Source of the DNA: Narcine bancroftii
Taxonomy: Eukaryota
Reading direction: 5' to 3'
NCBI RefSeq assembly: GCF_036971445.1
Contig: NC_091475.1
Coordinates: forward strand, 10,478,001-10,542,000
DNA: 64,000 bases
Part shown: in pieces, positions 40,604 to 51,952 of the stretch
Numbering within the stretch: position 1 is the stretch's first letter
Layout of the letters: each line of letters begins with the position of its first letter
Notes under the pieces: generated by a model
Seen by the model: only the letters and a program-made list of their open reading frames with translations
Databases searched by the model: none
What the model was told of the DNA's origin: nothing
Made by a program: the position numbers and the translations under genes

Positions 40604-42189
40604 TTCCTCCAGCTCTCCACACCCTTCCCTCTCCATTCGCAGAACCAACCCCCTCCCCCTATTTCCTGTTGCACCCTCCCTTCCTTATCCACCCATTACC
40701 TCTTGCCAATGTTCTTAATCCCTCCCCACCTATCATTTTGCACATACGTCAATGAAAGGCTCAAGCCTGAAACATTGGTTATTTATCTTTCTTTGCTCTG
40801 CAAAGTATGCTGTTTGACTGGCTAAAGTTTCTACAGAACTGTGTTTTTACTGAAAAAAAAGTTTTTGAAGGCAATAATTCCAGTCACTTGTTTTAAAAAC
40901 ACTATTTATTTTATAGTGAACGCCCATTGACCATCAGCCTACTAAACCAGTTCTGGAAGATGCCCCCAGTTGTTAGTCATCACATGGGAAAAGCAAATAC
41001 CAACAACAAGAAACAACAAAAGACAAGGCGTCCATACTTCCTGTTCAGGCCTGCAAATTTCAGATTTAAAAATTTTTGTAAATCACTCATTCTGATCATG
41101 TCAAAATGAAGAGGTTCAAATTTAAACTGTTCCATTACATTAATAATATACTAATGATGGGATCAGAGTATATGCCAAAATAGACTTTTTTTTGTTTAAT
41201 TAAGGCAACCGTACATAAACTAGTACACAGAAAGTAGTAGGCTATAAAGGACATTTTTTTCCTGCACCACAGCATTCAATAAAATTCAAAATTGAAATGA
41301 TACAATAACACTTTGACTAATCCCCATATTCTTTGGAGCCTTGAAAATAAGAGAAGACTGGGTATCTTATTCCTACCCAACACAAAAATGTTTATTCAGC
41401 CCTAAATGGCCAACATCCCAAATCCAACTCCACGATGCATCAGTATTGATATTTCGAATCATACAATTGGATGAATGAGCACCAATTAGGATGAAGGACC
41501 TGCATTTGTGATTTCTCTGCTCTTGGTTACATTTCTCTCCCAATCTTCTGAAAAATTCCTTAGAATTTTAGTCATCACCTATCATTTTTACCTCTGGCAA
41601 GGACCTACAATCCTCTTTCCATGTTAAAGTCGTGAAGGAAGTGCGAGCTGAATGGGTGGAATTATTTGTATTCTGGAGGGTCTTGGAAAGTGAATTTTTC
41701 TCTACATGTCAATCATCTCAACAGCTCATTCAGAAAATGGAGACTTTCTACCCTGGGATCTTATGCAAAATTCTCAGCGTTGATATCAAGTACAAGTGAT
41801 GGATACAAGAGGAGTTTTCACATCACAGCTAAGGAAGCCTTTCGACTACTGATTCTATCACGAACATTTACAGAATTAACCAGAATTAGTCTACCAATGG
41901 AAGGATCCAGCAACCAAGTGGAGTGACAGGGTGAAAGCGGCAGCAGCTCACGATTATGTACAATCTACTAACACTAGCTAATTCATTCCATCAATGGAAT
42001 ATTTGTAACAGGGTATCTCGGATGGAAACCAACAACCTCAAGCGGCAACAAGCTATCTGATCAATACAAGTCACTCAGACATTGATTTTCTGGGCTATCA
42101 GCGAAGAGAGAGCAATAAATTGCACACTTCAAAGTGCATTCTCATACCCACCTTTCATTCAACAACCACTACACTTCCTGAGGTGACTG

Positions 42190-43070
42190 AGACAGGCAAC
42201 ACAACTTTCTATAGGAGGTCTACTGAGAGCGTCCTAGCCAGCTGGATCACAGTGTGGTACAGTTGCTGTAGAGCAGTGATTCTCAACCTTTTTCTTTCAA
42301 CTCACATACCACTTTGAGTATTCCCTATGCCACTGTTGCTCTGTGATTAGTAAGAGATTGCTTAAGGTGGTATGTGGGTAGAAAGAAAAAGTTTTAAAAC
42401 TACTGTTTTAATTGTACTTCATTGACTCATTATGTGCATGGTTTCATAACTCCAAAGGAAATGGGCCATGAGAATTTTTCTCAAGCAAAATATTTCAGTA
42501 TCACTTTGATCTAGAGCAGAGGTTCTCAACCTTCCCTTCCCACTCACATACCACCTTAAGCAATCCCTTCCTAATCAGAGCACCGACAGGATAGGGATTA
42601 ATTAAAGTGGTACGTGTGTAGAGCATTGGATTGTAGGTCAATCCAGAGGAACAATAACAGTGGAAGAGAGGATCACTGAAGTCTCCCTCCACCCCCATCA
42701 ATATGATCCACGGGGATTATTGTTTGAAGAGGGAATGCAAAATCATTGAGGACCCCTGCCAACCTGCACACAGCATCTTCCAGCTACTGCCGTCAGGAAA
42801 GTGACACAGGAGTATCAAAACCAGAACGACCAGGCTGAGAAACAGCCTCCTCTCACGGGCAGTGAGAATGCTGAACAATGGAATGAACTGCTCATACAAA
42901 CCCTCTGAGTCTACTATTTTATAAAACAATATTTATTTTTATATATGTATTGCATATGCATCGTTTGCCTGTGAGTTTTCTCTGGTTGTGTGTCTGCATG
43001 TTTTTGCACCGAGGATCAGAGAATGTCGTTTCATCGGGTTGTACTTATACAATCAGATGATAATAAACTT
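42190..43070 (+). mobile_element. Rex1/Babar-type LINE 3' end with nested short MITE-like inserts
   Basis: FYRRSTESVLASWITVWY, interrupted by two cag(t/a)g..ttctcaacctt...ctcacataccac units at about 42274 and 42517. Confidence 0.65.
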
Positions 43071-43391
43071 GAATTTAAAAGTGGAAAGAGGAATAATCCT
43101 GCTGTTTGTAGGAATGAACAATATCAGGCTTTGATTTTAATATATTGAGAGCTTGTTCATAAGTATAAGTCGAGTGTTCATAACCCATGAAAAATCCTGC
43201 AGCTTCTGTCATTCTGATGAAGGGTTCCACCCCAAAACATAATATTTTGTAATAGTCAGAGATTCTATGACTCTACGAATAAACTCACTGAGTTTGCCAA
43301 AGACCACAAAGAGCTTAATAATTCTTATAAAAATTACTTCTTCCTGGCAACAGCCTTCATAGATCTGAAACACTTACCATGAAATTGACCC

Positions 43392-43844
43392 CAATTATAC
43401 AAATGCAAACAAGTGACATTTAACCGGGTTAAAATCAACTGAGCAATATTCCAAGGCAACATAGACAACATTCCATTCTGTAGCAACTTTTACAAGTCAC
43501 AAAGCCATCCTGGAAAAATAGCATTTTAAAACAAATACAAAACAATTATATAAATGCAAACAAGTGACATTTAACCGGGTTAAAATCAACTGAGCAATAT
43601 TCCAAGGCAACATAGACAACATTACATTCTGTAGCAACTTTTACAAGTCACAAAGCCATCCTGGAAAAATAGCATTTTAAAACAAATACAAAACAATTAT
43701 ACAAATGCAAACAAGTGAGATTTAACCGGGTTAAAATCAAATGAGCAATATTCCAATGCAACATAGACAACATTCCACTCTGTAGCAACTCTTACAAGTC
43801 ACAAAGCCATCCTGGAAAAATAGTATTTTAAAACAAATACGAAA
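43392..43844. repeat. Tandem triplication of a 151-bp unit
   Basis: Units start at 43392, 43543 and 43694, with only a few substitutions between them. Confidence 0.95.
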
Positions 43845-45514
43845 AAGCCAGAACATGATGACAAGTTGCCATAATACAACAAGTTTCTACAGTACAAGAA
43901 TCCACAGGAATAACAGGATTATTTGGCAACCTCAAGTGAAAAATATCCTAGAGATATAACTAATACTTCAACTGAAGGAAAAAATTAGTTCAGAGGTGGT
44001 TAGCTTTTACAGACAGTAGAATACCTGAAGACTGTTATTAATAATTTCATATAACCTTTAAAAATAAACGAACAATCTTAAATAGATTTCAGTCACTGTG
44101 TACAGATTTCTTTGGAAAATTTGCCTCACAAGGTGGCCTTATTTGATCAAATGTATTGTTTATTGCAAATGCTGCTTGGAATTTTCAGTATTCTGCGAAG
44201 AGTTTTTATTTGCTATATTTTTAACATTCTCAACGCAGATTTATGGAATAGGTTGGGGGAAAGTAAAGAATCAACATCATGTAATAAATACAAAATATTT
44301 ATCTTTCAAAAAGAGCCTTTTACACAGATATAGTTAAGATCTCACAACTCCTGACTCCAAGCATAGGAAACTTATTTCCTGGTTCACTAATGAAAACAGC
44401 GTGCACTCACCTGTCCATCACTGATCTAGCAGTGGTGACAGAAACATCTGCAGCACATTCTCTTATAATGACTACATCCAAGGTATCCATACCCTTGAAT
44501 CTTTCCCATTTCTCTACCACATGCCTCTTCTTGCCAACATGTGAGAGGAGCTCCAGTTTCCTAACACGTTATGACACCAAACTGTTTTCTTAAACCACCA
44601 CCTCTTGATTCTCTACTGTGTAAGCATGTTAGACAAGCAACCTAACAACATCAAATTAACAGAACTACCTGAGCAAAATAGAAAACATGAATCAGGAGTA
44701 GCAGCAGGCAAATGAACCTGGAGCCTTCTCCACTATCTAATGAGATCATGGATGATTTGTTGTAACCTCAACTCCACTATTTCATTTCATGCAAATAACC
44801 TTTGATTTCTTGCTCATCACAAAACCATCTACTTCTCTCTTTAAAATATTCAAAGATTCTCTTCCTCAAAGGGAAATTTTAAAATAAATGTTTAATTTAG
44901 ACATAGAGCATGGTATAACTCACCCATGACAGGCATGAAGTGGAAAAGCAAATACCTTCCCTTCATCCAAGCCCTCCCTATTCTTGGCCAAGTCTGAAGC
45001 TAATTTAGATCTTTTCAACATTGCTACTATTTGCTCACAAGGTAAACCAACCTCACATACTTATATTAATGAAAAATCACCAACTTCCACTTTTGTTATA
45101 TTCTTCATCTTTGTCCCTGGTCTGTTCATCTGCTGTTAAAATTCCTCTCAACACTCATTACCTCTACTGTTGACTATTCTAGAGCACTTCTGACATCCCT
45201 CTATAAACTTGACAAGGTTTAAAAATTCTGCTGCAAATATCTAATTCCATTCACCATTTCCCATCTTCAAGTCTTTTTGACCCTGGCGTCAGTCTCTAAT
45301 CTCTTCTAGCTTTACTATAGTTATCTCAAAGAGATACTCTCCAACTCTGGCCTCAATCATCTTAATTAGTTGCTTGACACAGAAGCCATGCCTTAAAGGA
45401 CCTATATCTCCTCTTTTCTGGTTGAAGACATCTGAAAAACATCCATTGATATTTTGGTGTTGGATGCCTACTGTCACAATCATTCCCCAGCAGATGCAAT
45501 ATCACTGGCTCTTC

Positions 45515-46550
45515 ACTCAGTTCTGAATCACCTAGACAACAACCACTCATACATACAACTACTCTTCATCGACTACAGCTCAGCCTTCAACATCATTATT
45601 CCCTCAGAGTTAGTCAAGAAGCTCTGAATCCTGGGCTTCTACACCCCACCCTGCAACTGGATCCTTGACTTCCTCATTGGAAGACCACAGTCATTACGAA
45701 TTGGAAACAACGTCTCCTCCTCACTGACGAACAACACAAGCGCAACTCAAGGATGTGTGCTTATCCCATGCTCTACTCACTCTACACCCATGAATGTGTG
45801 GTAGGTACAATTCAAATGCTATCTACAAATTTGTCAATGATACCACAGTTGTCGGCAGAATCAGACAGCAATAAAGAAGTGTACAGAAGGGAGACAGATC
45901 AGCTAGATGAGTGGTGTCACAACAACAACCGAGCACTCAATGATAGCAAAACCAAGGAGATGATTGAGGACTTCAGGAGAAATCAGAAGAATATGAACCA
46001 GTCCTCATTGAGTAGCCAGCAGTGAAGAGGGTCAGAAATTCATGGGTGTCAACATCTCTGAGGATCTGTCCAGGAGCCTTCATGTCGATGTAATCATGAG
46101 GAAGACTTGCCAGCAGCTATACTTTGTGAGGAATTTGAGAAGATTCAGTATATCACCAAAGACACTCGAAAACTTCAACAAGTGTACCACAGAAAGTATT
46201 CTGGCTGGTTGCATCGCTGTCTGGAAGGGACGTGCCAACGCTCAGGACAGGGGAAAAAACTCAGTATAATTACACTAAATTTGCTGACGATACTGCTGTA
46301 GAAGATTGTATAAAAAAGGTGAAGAGAAAGGTATAAAGAAAGGAGGAAGATTGAAAACTTGGCTGAATGGTGCACCAACCTTGCGCTCAATGTCACCAAA
46401 ACTAAGGAGCTGATTGCTGACTTCAGGAAGGGAAAGCCAGAAGTACACAATCCAGTGTTCACTGGGGGAATGAACAGTGTTCATTCAGAGGTGGAAAGGG
46501 TGACCAAATTTAAGTTCTTGGGAATCACTATCTCGGAAGATCATTCTTGG
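45515..46550 (+). mobile_element. Rex1/Babar-type LINE RT fragments
   Basis: [44 protein letters not shown] and FKFLGITISED. Confidence 0.8.
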
Positions 46551-48809
46551 ATGAGTAATTTACATTGCAGTAGTCAGAATTTATGTTGTAGTTTTTTTTC
46601 CTTCACAAGAAATAAATTATTTCTGAAAACTCAATTTTAAAACCTTGGACCAAAGAGTGAAAAAGCATTTCTCTAGGTCAAACTTATATTAAGAGTGAAC
46701 AAACCTTTCCAGTTGTTCATCCCATCAAATTAGGTCACAGTAATATTCTATCCCCTTCCAGGGATAAATTCTAAAAGCCGGATCCAGTTTGTTTGATGGG
46801 TGGTTAGGACAGACTCCCACTCTCAAGGCCAAGATGTTTGAAACGTTCTTCCATGTACTTTGAGTTACCATCATTAACACCTCCAGTGGTACTGATCTTT
46901 TGTCTTATTTCTTTACAGGCAGTTGTTCAACATTGACTTTCCACTTCTATAGGCTCAAGTTGACTGATGGAACCATAAAATGTTCCACAGAGAGAACAGA
47001 TGGCATCTTTATTATTTGTACTTTGGGACAGGTTGACAGAAGATATTTCTCTTGCTTATCACTTCATGTTTCAATGAAAAACTTCCTGATTTTGAGATTC
47101 CCCTCCAAAGTTATGCATATAAATGTTCCTCTGCATAGGGATAGCATGGTTGGCGCAACACCTTTACAGCACTGGTGATCGGAACCAGCGTCCGAATCCC
47201 GCACTGTCCGTAAGAGGTTGGTACGTTCTCCCTGTGTCTACGTGGGTTTCCTCCAGGGGCTCCGATCTCCTCGCACTACTTGAAATGTACCTGGGGGGGG
47301 GGGGTGTAGGTTAATTGGGTGTAAATTGGGCGACACAAATTCGTGGGCCGAAATGGCCTGTTACCAGGCTGCATGTCTAAATTTAAATATTGTGATAATA
47401 CATGAAAAGCAAGTGAGGCATTGGTATAATTTTCATCAAAATATTCTCTCTGACCACACCACATTCCCTTCGTTATGCACCAAAGTACTTGTTCCTCATG
47501 CAAGAATAATAAGGACCCTTGCTAATACTGCACATCTCTTATTGCAGCTACAGAGTCAGTCTCATTGATGCAGAAGAGAAACCTATCCTAATTTGCCCAA
47601 AATGTCACAGACCCATGCAGGAGAAAAGGATAGCATAAAAGGAAATAAAACATTTGCAGAAACAGTTTTGTGTCAAATTCTTTGTCTAAAAATAATAAAA
47701 ATGCTTTCTTTCTGGTTTGCAATGGTAGCACTGCCACTGATTGGGAAGTGGAGCAACAGTGCTCCTCTGCAGGGTTCTACCACCCAGTTCTGTCGGGATT
47801 TAAACAGCACATGGTGATTTATTTTAAAATCCTGTAATGTCAGAGTCTAGGCCCCACATGCCAGCACCTGTGTTCAGCAACAGCCTTGATGGGTTAGTGA
47901 CTTTGGGGAAGTTGAGGACTGGCACAGGGCACCAGAAAAAAAGGAGAACACCCCCCCCCCCCCCCACCATTGAGAAGGAGACGCTGAGGAGGCAACTTTA
48001 CAGTACAGTCATCAGGATGGCGAACCAGCGAGGGGCCGTGCAGCTGAAGAACACAGAAGCAGCGGGCTGTTGTTGACTCATGGACTGCGGTCCAAGGATT
48101 CACACCGGGCTGCGGGCTGCTGGAGATCGGCTCGGGCTTGGCTGAAAGGATGCCAGGTATCAGAACTGGGATGCGAGAGGGCAAAGGCTTGAGAGGCTTG
48201 GACTTGGAGCTCAGGTGGCCAATGGCATCTGTGGGGTGGCGGGAGCGCTGGCGGCGAATCCACGGAGCGCCCTCTTTTGATTCTCTTGCTCTGACTGCGA
48301 GAGGCGCCCGGCAATTTCTGCTGATGGCCCATCTAGCAAATTCCATAAAACATTACACCTGTTTTTAATTACACATGACCACAAAGGAATCTTGAATCTT
48401 AATTTCCTGATAGACATCAGGGAAGCAACTTGTCAATCTTTTGGACCAAAAAGGCAACCCCAAACATAATTTTAGAGAAGGCACTGAACCAGTGACGTGA
48501 AAATGTGTCCATTGTCAGTCATTCAGACAGAGATTGCAGATGCAGTACTGGAACCTGGAGGAAAAATACTCTTGCTTCGTTTATCCATCTAATTAATGTG
48601 ATCATAAAGTCACTTTGTATCGATGACTTCACATTGAGGGGTACATTGGGCTATGGAACAGGCGCAAGGTTACTGCAGGCAACTGGTGCAGGCAACTGGT
48701 GCAGCCCCCCACCCCAACCCCCACCAACCTCAAAGCTCACACATCGACATCCCTCGACCCCAGGCTTTGGAAAGCAACTCGGTGAAATACATTTAAACTG
48801 GGTTTAAAT

Positions 48810-49110
48810 TATTATTCGTGAGGTCGAGTGCACAAACCTGATCCCAGCCTCCTCAAAGCGAAACCTCCATCGACGTGGAGGGAGCCTCCGCAGACCGAAG
48901 CCCCGCGGGAGTGACAGACGTGCCGCCCGACCAATAGAAACAGCAGCCTTCCGGCAGACGGGCACCAATCGGCGGTCACCTACCGCACGGTCATGACGCG
49001 AATGGAACAGGAGTTGCCATTGGATGCCGCGGGCGTCGCCTTCCCACCCGTCCACTGCGAAGAGAAATGGCCAATTGGAGAGAGGAATGAATGGTCACGT
49101 GAGTGATGCA
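48810..49110 (-). promoter_or_regulatory. CpG-rich promoter and probable non-coding first exon of TMEM50B
   Basis: Local CpG enrichment. CCAAT boxes at 48931, 48965, 49019 (reverse) and 49071 (palindromic ccaattgg). E-box GTCACGTGA at 49094. Candidate donor CAG|gtttgt with exon end at 48838. Confidence 0.65.
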
Positions 49111-49187
49111 GCAGAGAAGCAGGCCCTGAAGGCCAAAAATAGACATCCCAGCAGGCTCAAAATATACCAAATCCACTCACCAGGCCT

Positions 49188-49375
49188 TATCTGTGGACTG
49201 ACAATAACCACACCAGCAGTGTGAGTATAAGACCGCTTTAATAAACTAATATGGACACTAAGAGGGTCTTGTCTCTCTGCAAGATGAACCTGGAAGGCTA
49301 GACTGTAGCTCTGGACTGCTTTATAGACAAGGTCACCGGGATGACCCTTGGTGACCTAGTGGTGTAATCACCACA
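49188..49375 (-). mobile_element. Short solo LTR (Gypsy-type)
   Basis: On the - strand: tgtgg...ccaca inverted termini, TATA-like ctataaag at about 49319-49326 and attaaa at about 49237. Possible imperfect TSD ggcct/gtcct. Confidence 0.55.
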
Positions 49376-49459
49376 GTCCTTTTACGTCTTGGCGATTCAA
49401 ATTCTTGTCTGGGTGGTTATAGAACACTACAACACAGAAACAGGCCCTTGGGTTCATCT

Positions 49460-50540
49460 AAGTTTATCTGTAGGGGTTCACCTACTGCATCAGGTGTTCC
49501 TGTTGTTGTCTCCTGGACGTCGGAGAGACTGGGGGAATCGCTTCGTTGTGCACCTTGGCTCTGCCCGCCGCAGTGGCGTGCGTCTCCCAGCAGCCACCCA
49601 TTTCTATTTCCCGTCCCATTCCCTTGCTGGCGTGTCTGTCCATGGTCTTGCGCACTGCCAGACTGAGACCGCCTGCAAATTGGAGGAACAACACCTCATC
49701 TTCTGTCTGGGCACCCTCCAACCAGATGGCATTAACACTGACCTCTGTTTCTGTTAAAGCACAATGCCCCCCACCCATCCCCAATCCCCCCACCCCCCCA
49801 CCATCCCCACCCCCCCACCATCCCCACCCCCCCACCATCCCCACCCCCCCACCATCCCCACCCCCCCACCATCCCCACCCCCCCACCATCCCCACCCCCC
49901 CACCATCCCCACCCCCCCACCATCCCCACCCCCCCACCATCCCCACCCCCCCACCATCCCCACCCCCCCACCATCCCCACCCCCCCACCATCCCCACCCC
50001 CCCAACCCCCCCCACCATCCCCACCCCCCCAACCCCTCCCACCATCCCCACCCCCCCAACCCCCCCACCATCCCCACCCCCAACCCCCCCACCATCCCCA
50101 CCCCCCCACCCCCCAACCCCCCCCACCATCCCCACCCCCCAACCCCCCCCACCCCCCAACCCCCCCACCAGCCCCACCCCCCCAACCCCCCCCACCATCC
50201 CCACCCCCCCAACCCCCCCCACCATCCCCACCCCCCCACCCCCAATTTTTTCCTCCAGTTGGCTTTCTCCCACCTCTCTCTTTCACAGAGCCAAAATCAA
50301 TTCTCTCACCTCGCCTCTTATCACATCCAATTAACATCTTTTGTTGGTTTGGACTCCTCCCCTCACCAGTTTTCAGTCTCTTTATTCTTGCACCTTCCTG
50401 TTCTTTGTTTTTTTCCTTGAAGGGTTCAGGCCAGAAATGTCGGTAATATAACTTTATTTCCTATGGGTGCTGTGAGACCAGCTGTCTACCTCCAGCATTG
50501 TGTGTGTGTTGTACTACCATTCCAGTGTCTGCAGACTTTC
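49460..50540 (+). mobile_element. Penelope-like 3' fragment (GIY-YIG endonuclease end) containing a C-rich minisatellite
   Basis: RRLG/NRFVVHLGS...ATHFYFPSHS...GLAHCQTETACKLEEQHLIFCLGTLQPDGINTD. Confidence 0.75.
49766..50243. repeat. C-rich minisatellite, about 17-bp unit (ccccccaccatccccac)n
   Basis: Directly visible tandem units; regular to about 49995, more irregular afterwards. Confidence 0.95.
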
Positions 50541-51430
50541 ACTCTGAACTATTATTCTGCCTAGGAGTAACTGTTCTGAAAGCGTCTACCTCCATCATCT
50601 AGACAGACCAGATTTTCCCCAAACAAATCCAGACCGACTATCTTAGATCTTTCCCCCCCCCCCCCCCCCAATAACCTCCCTACCACTGGCATTAGTCTTA
50701 CTCCGTTTCATGAATAAAATGTCCTCCGGCATCGACATTAGGCTTCCAGCAATCTAATTTTCCTCAATTTATCCTGGCATTCATGCTGCAGATTATTATT
50801 CTCACTGAATAATTCATGGTGTAATTTGGTGCTCATCTTCATCATGCATGGCATCCTTAACAAAGGGGGTCCCAAATTTTACACTTTTCAGATTTGAGGC
50901 TCTACTGATATGAAACATGCATGATCTGGAAATGTTAATAAATAAATTAAACCAGTGATGCTGTCACCTGATTCTCAGTTACCAAAATAATCAGTTTAGA
51001 GGTAGACCAAGCCAATAACAGCATTAATTTTTGATTTCACTGAACCTCTTAATTGTTGATCAAAGTCAAGAAGGTTTCTCCATAACAAACTGAGATGAGG
51101 AGGTCCATGGAACCAGAAAACTGTCCCCAGCAGGATCCATGAAGGCTCAGGCCACATTTGTAACTAATTGTAGCATCACATAGGTACTCTGTGATTAGTA
51201 CGGGATTATTTAAGGTGGTATGAGTGAAAGTAAAACCACTGCATTAAGGGGAAAAATTACACACGTTCATTTTTAATTTGCTGACAATTTAAATGAAACA
51301 CGAAGGACTTATAAACTGAACAAGTTCCGGATAATTCTGAATGTTTTTAGACATTTGTGCAATAGTAATGAATTCTAACCATTTGAGTATGGTGAGGTAC
51401 AATGTTTTTCATGTGCCACAAAATTAAAGC

Positions 51431-51448
51431 TTTATTAAACCATTTATT
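51431..51448 (-). terminator. Candidate DNAJC28 polyadenylation signals
   Basis: Two AATAAA on the - strand (tttatt at 51431 and 51443), about 500 nt after the stop. Confidence 0.5.
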
Positions 51449-51952
51449 TTAACTAAATTTAGTTGAGGCTTCCATTGTTCCTTGAAAACTTTGTCTAGTC
51501 AATCAGCAAACAAATTCAGTACTGAGTAAATGAAACAGCAGCGCTTGTTTTTTTCTTACATACGGTACATTCCAGGACAGAATTATTTCACATTAAACAT
51601 CACGACCAGAAGAGCGTATTGATTTCAACAGATTCTAACCTATGTGCCTAGTACAGTAATTATTTCTTGTTGGATATAGAATAAAGAAAGGACACACTAA
51701 AGCATATCTCAAAGAAAAAAAATTGTAAATTCTGTGATCCTCTTTTTCCTAAAATGGATATTTAGAGCTCGCAAGATCAAATCTGATAGATTTTATATTC
51801 ATGAAATATGGAGAAACTGGTTAAAGTGGCATTAAACGAATAAGCCATAATCTGAGTGAACTGTCTTCTCCTGCTGTAGTGTGTTCCTCCGGTGCATTTT
51901 TTTTATATAATAAAATTGATATGTTACATTCTGATCATGAAATCACCAATTT

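Noticed and set aside
39500-40692. Three long ORFs (364-391 aa) of REEERG, RRNGEE and GKRGGT repeats
   Set aside because: They are translations of a stop-free 18-bp minisatellite, open in all three frames, with no evidence of a gene.
43392-43844. CRISPR-like or snoRNA array
   Set aside because: The units are head-to-tail with no unique spacers, the context is eukaryotic, and I saw no clear C/D or H/ACA box arrangement.
44411-44447. Possible TMEM50B micro-exon (donor CAG|gtgagt at 44411)
   Set aside because: The donor is good but the nearby acceptor lacks a pyrimidine tract, so it cannot be supported without transcripts.
49482-50420. Pro/His-rich and Gly/Trp-rich ORFs
   Set aside because: Artefacts of the C-rich tandem repeat inside a Penelope remnant.
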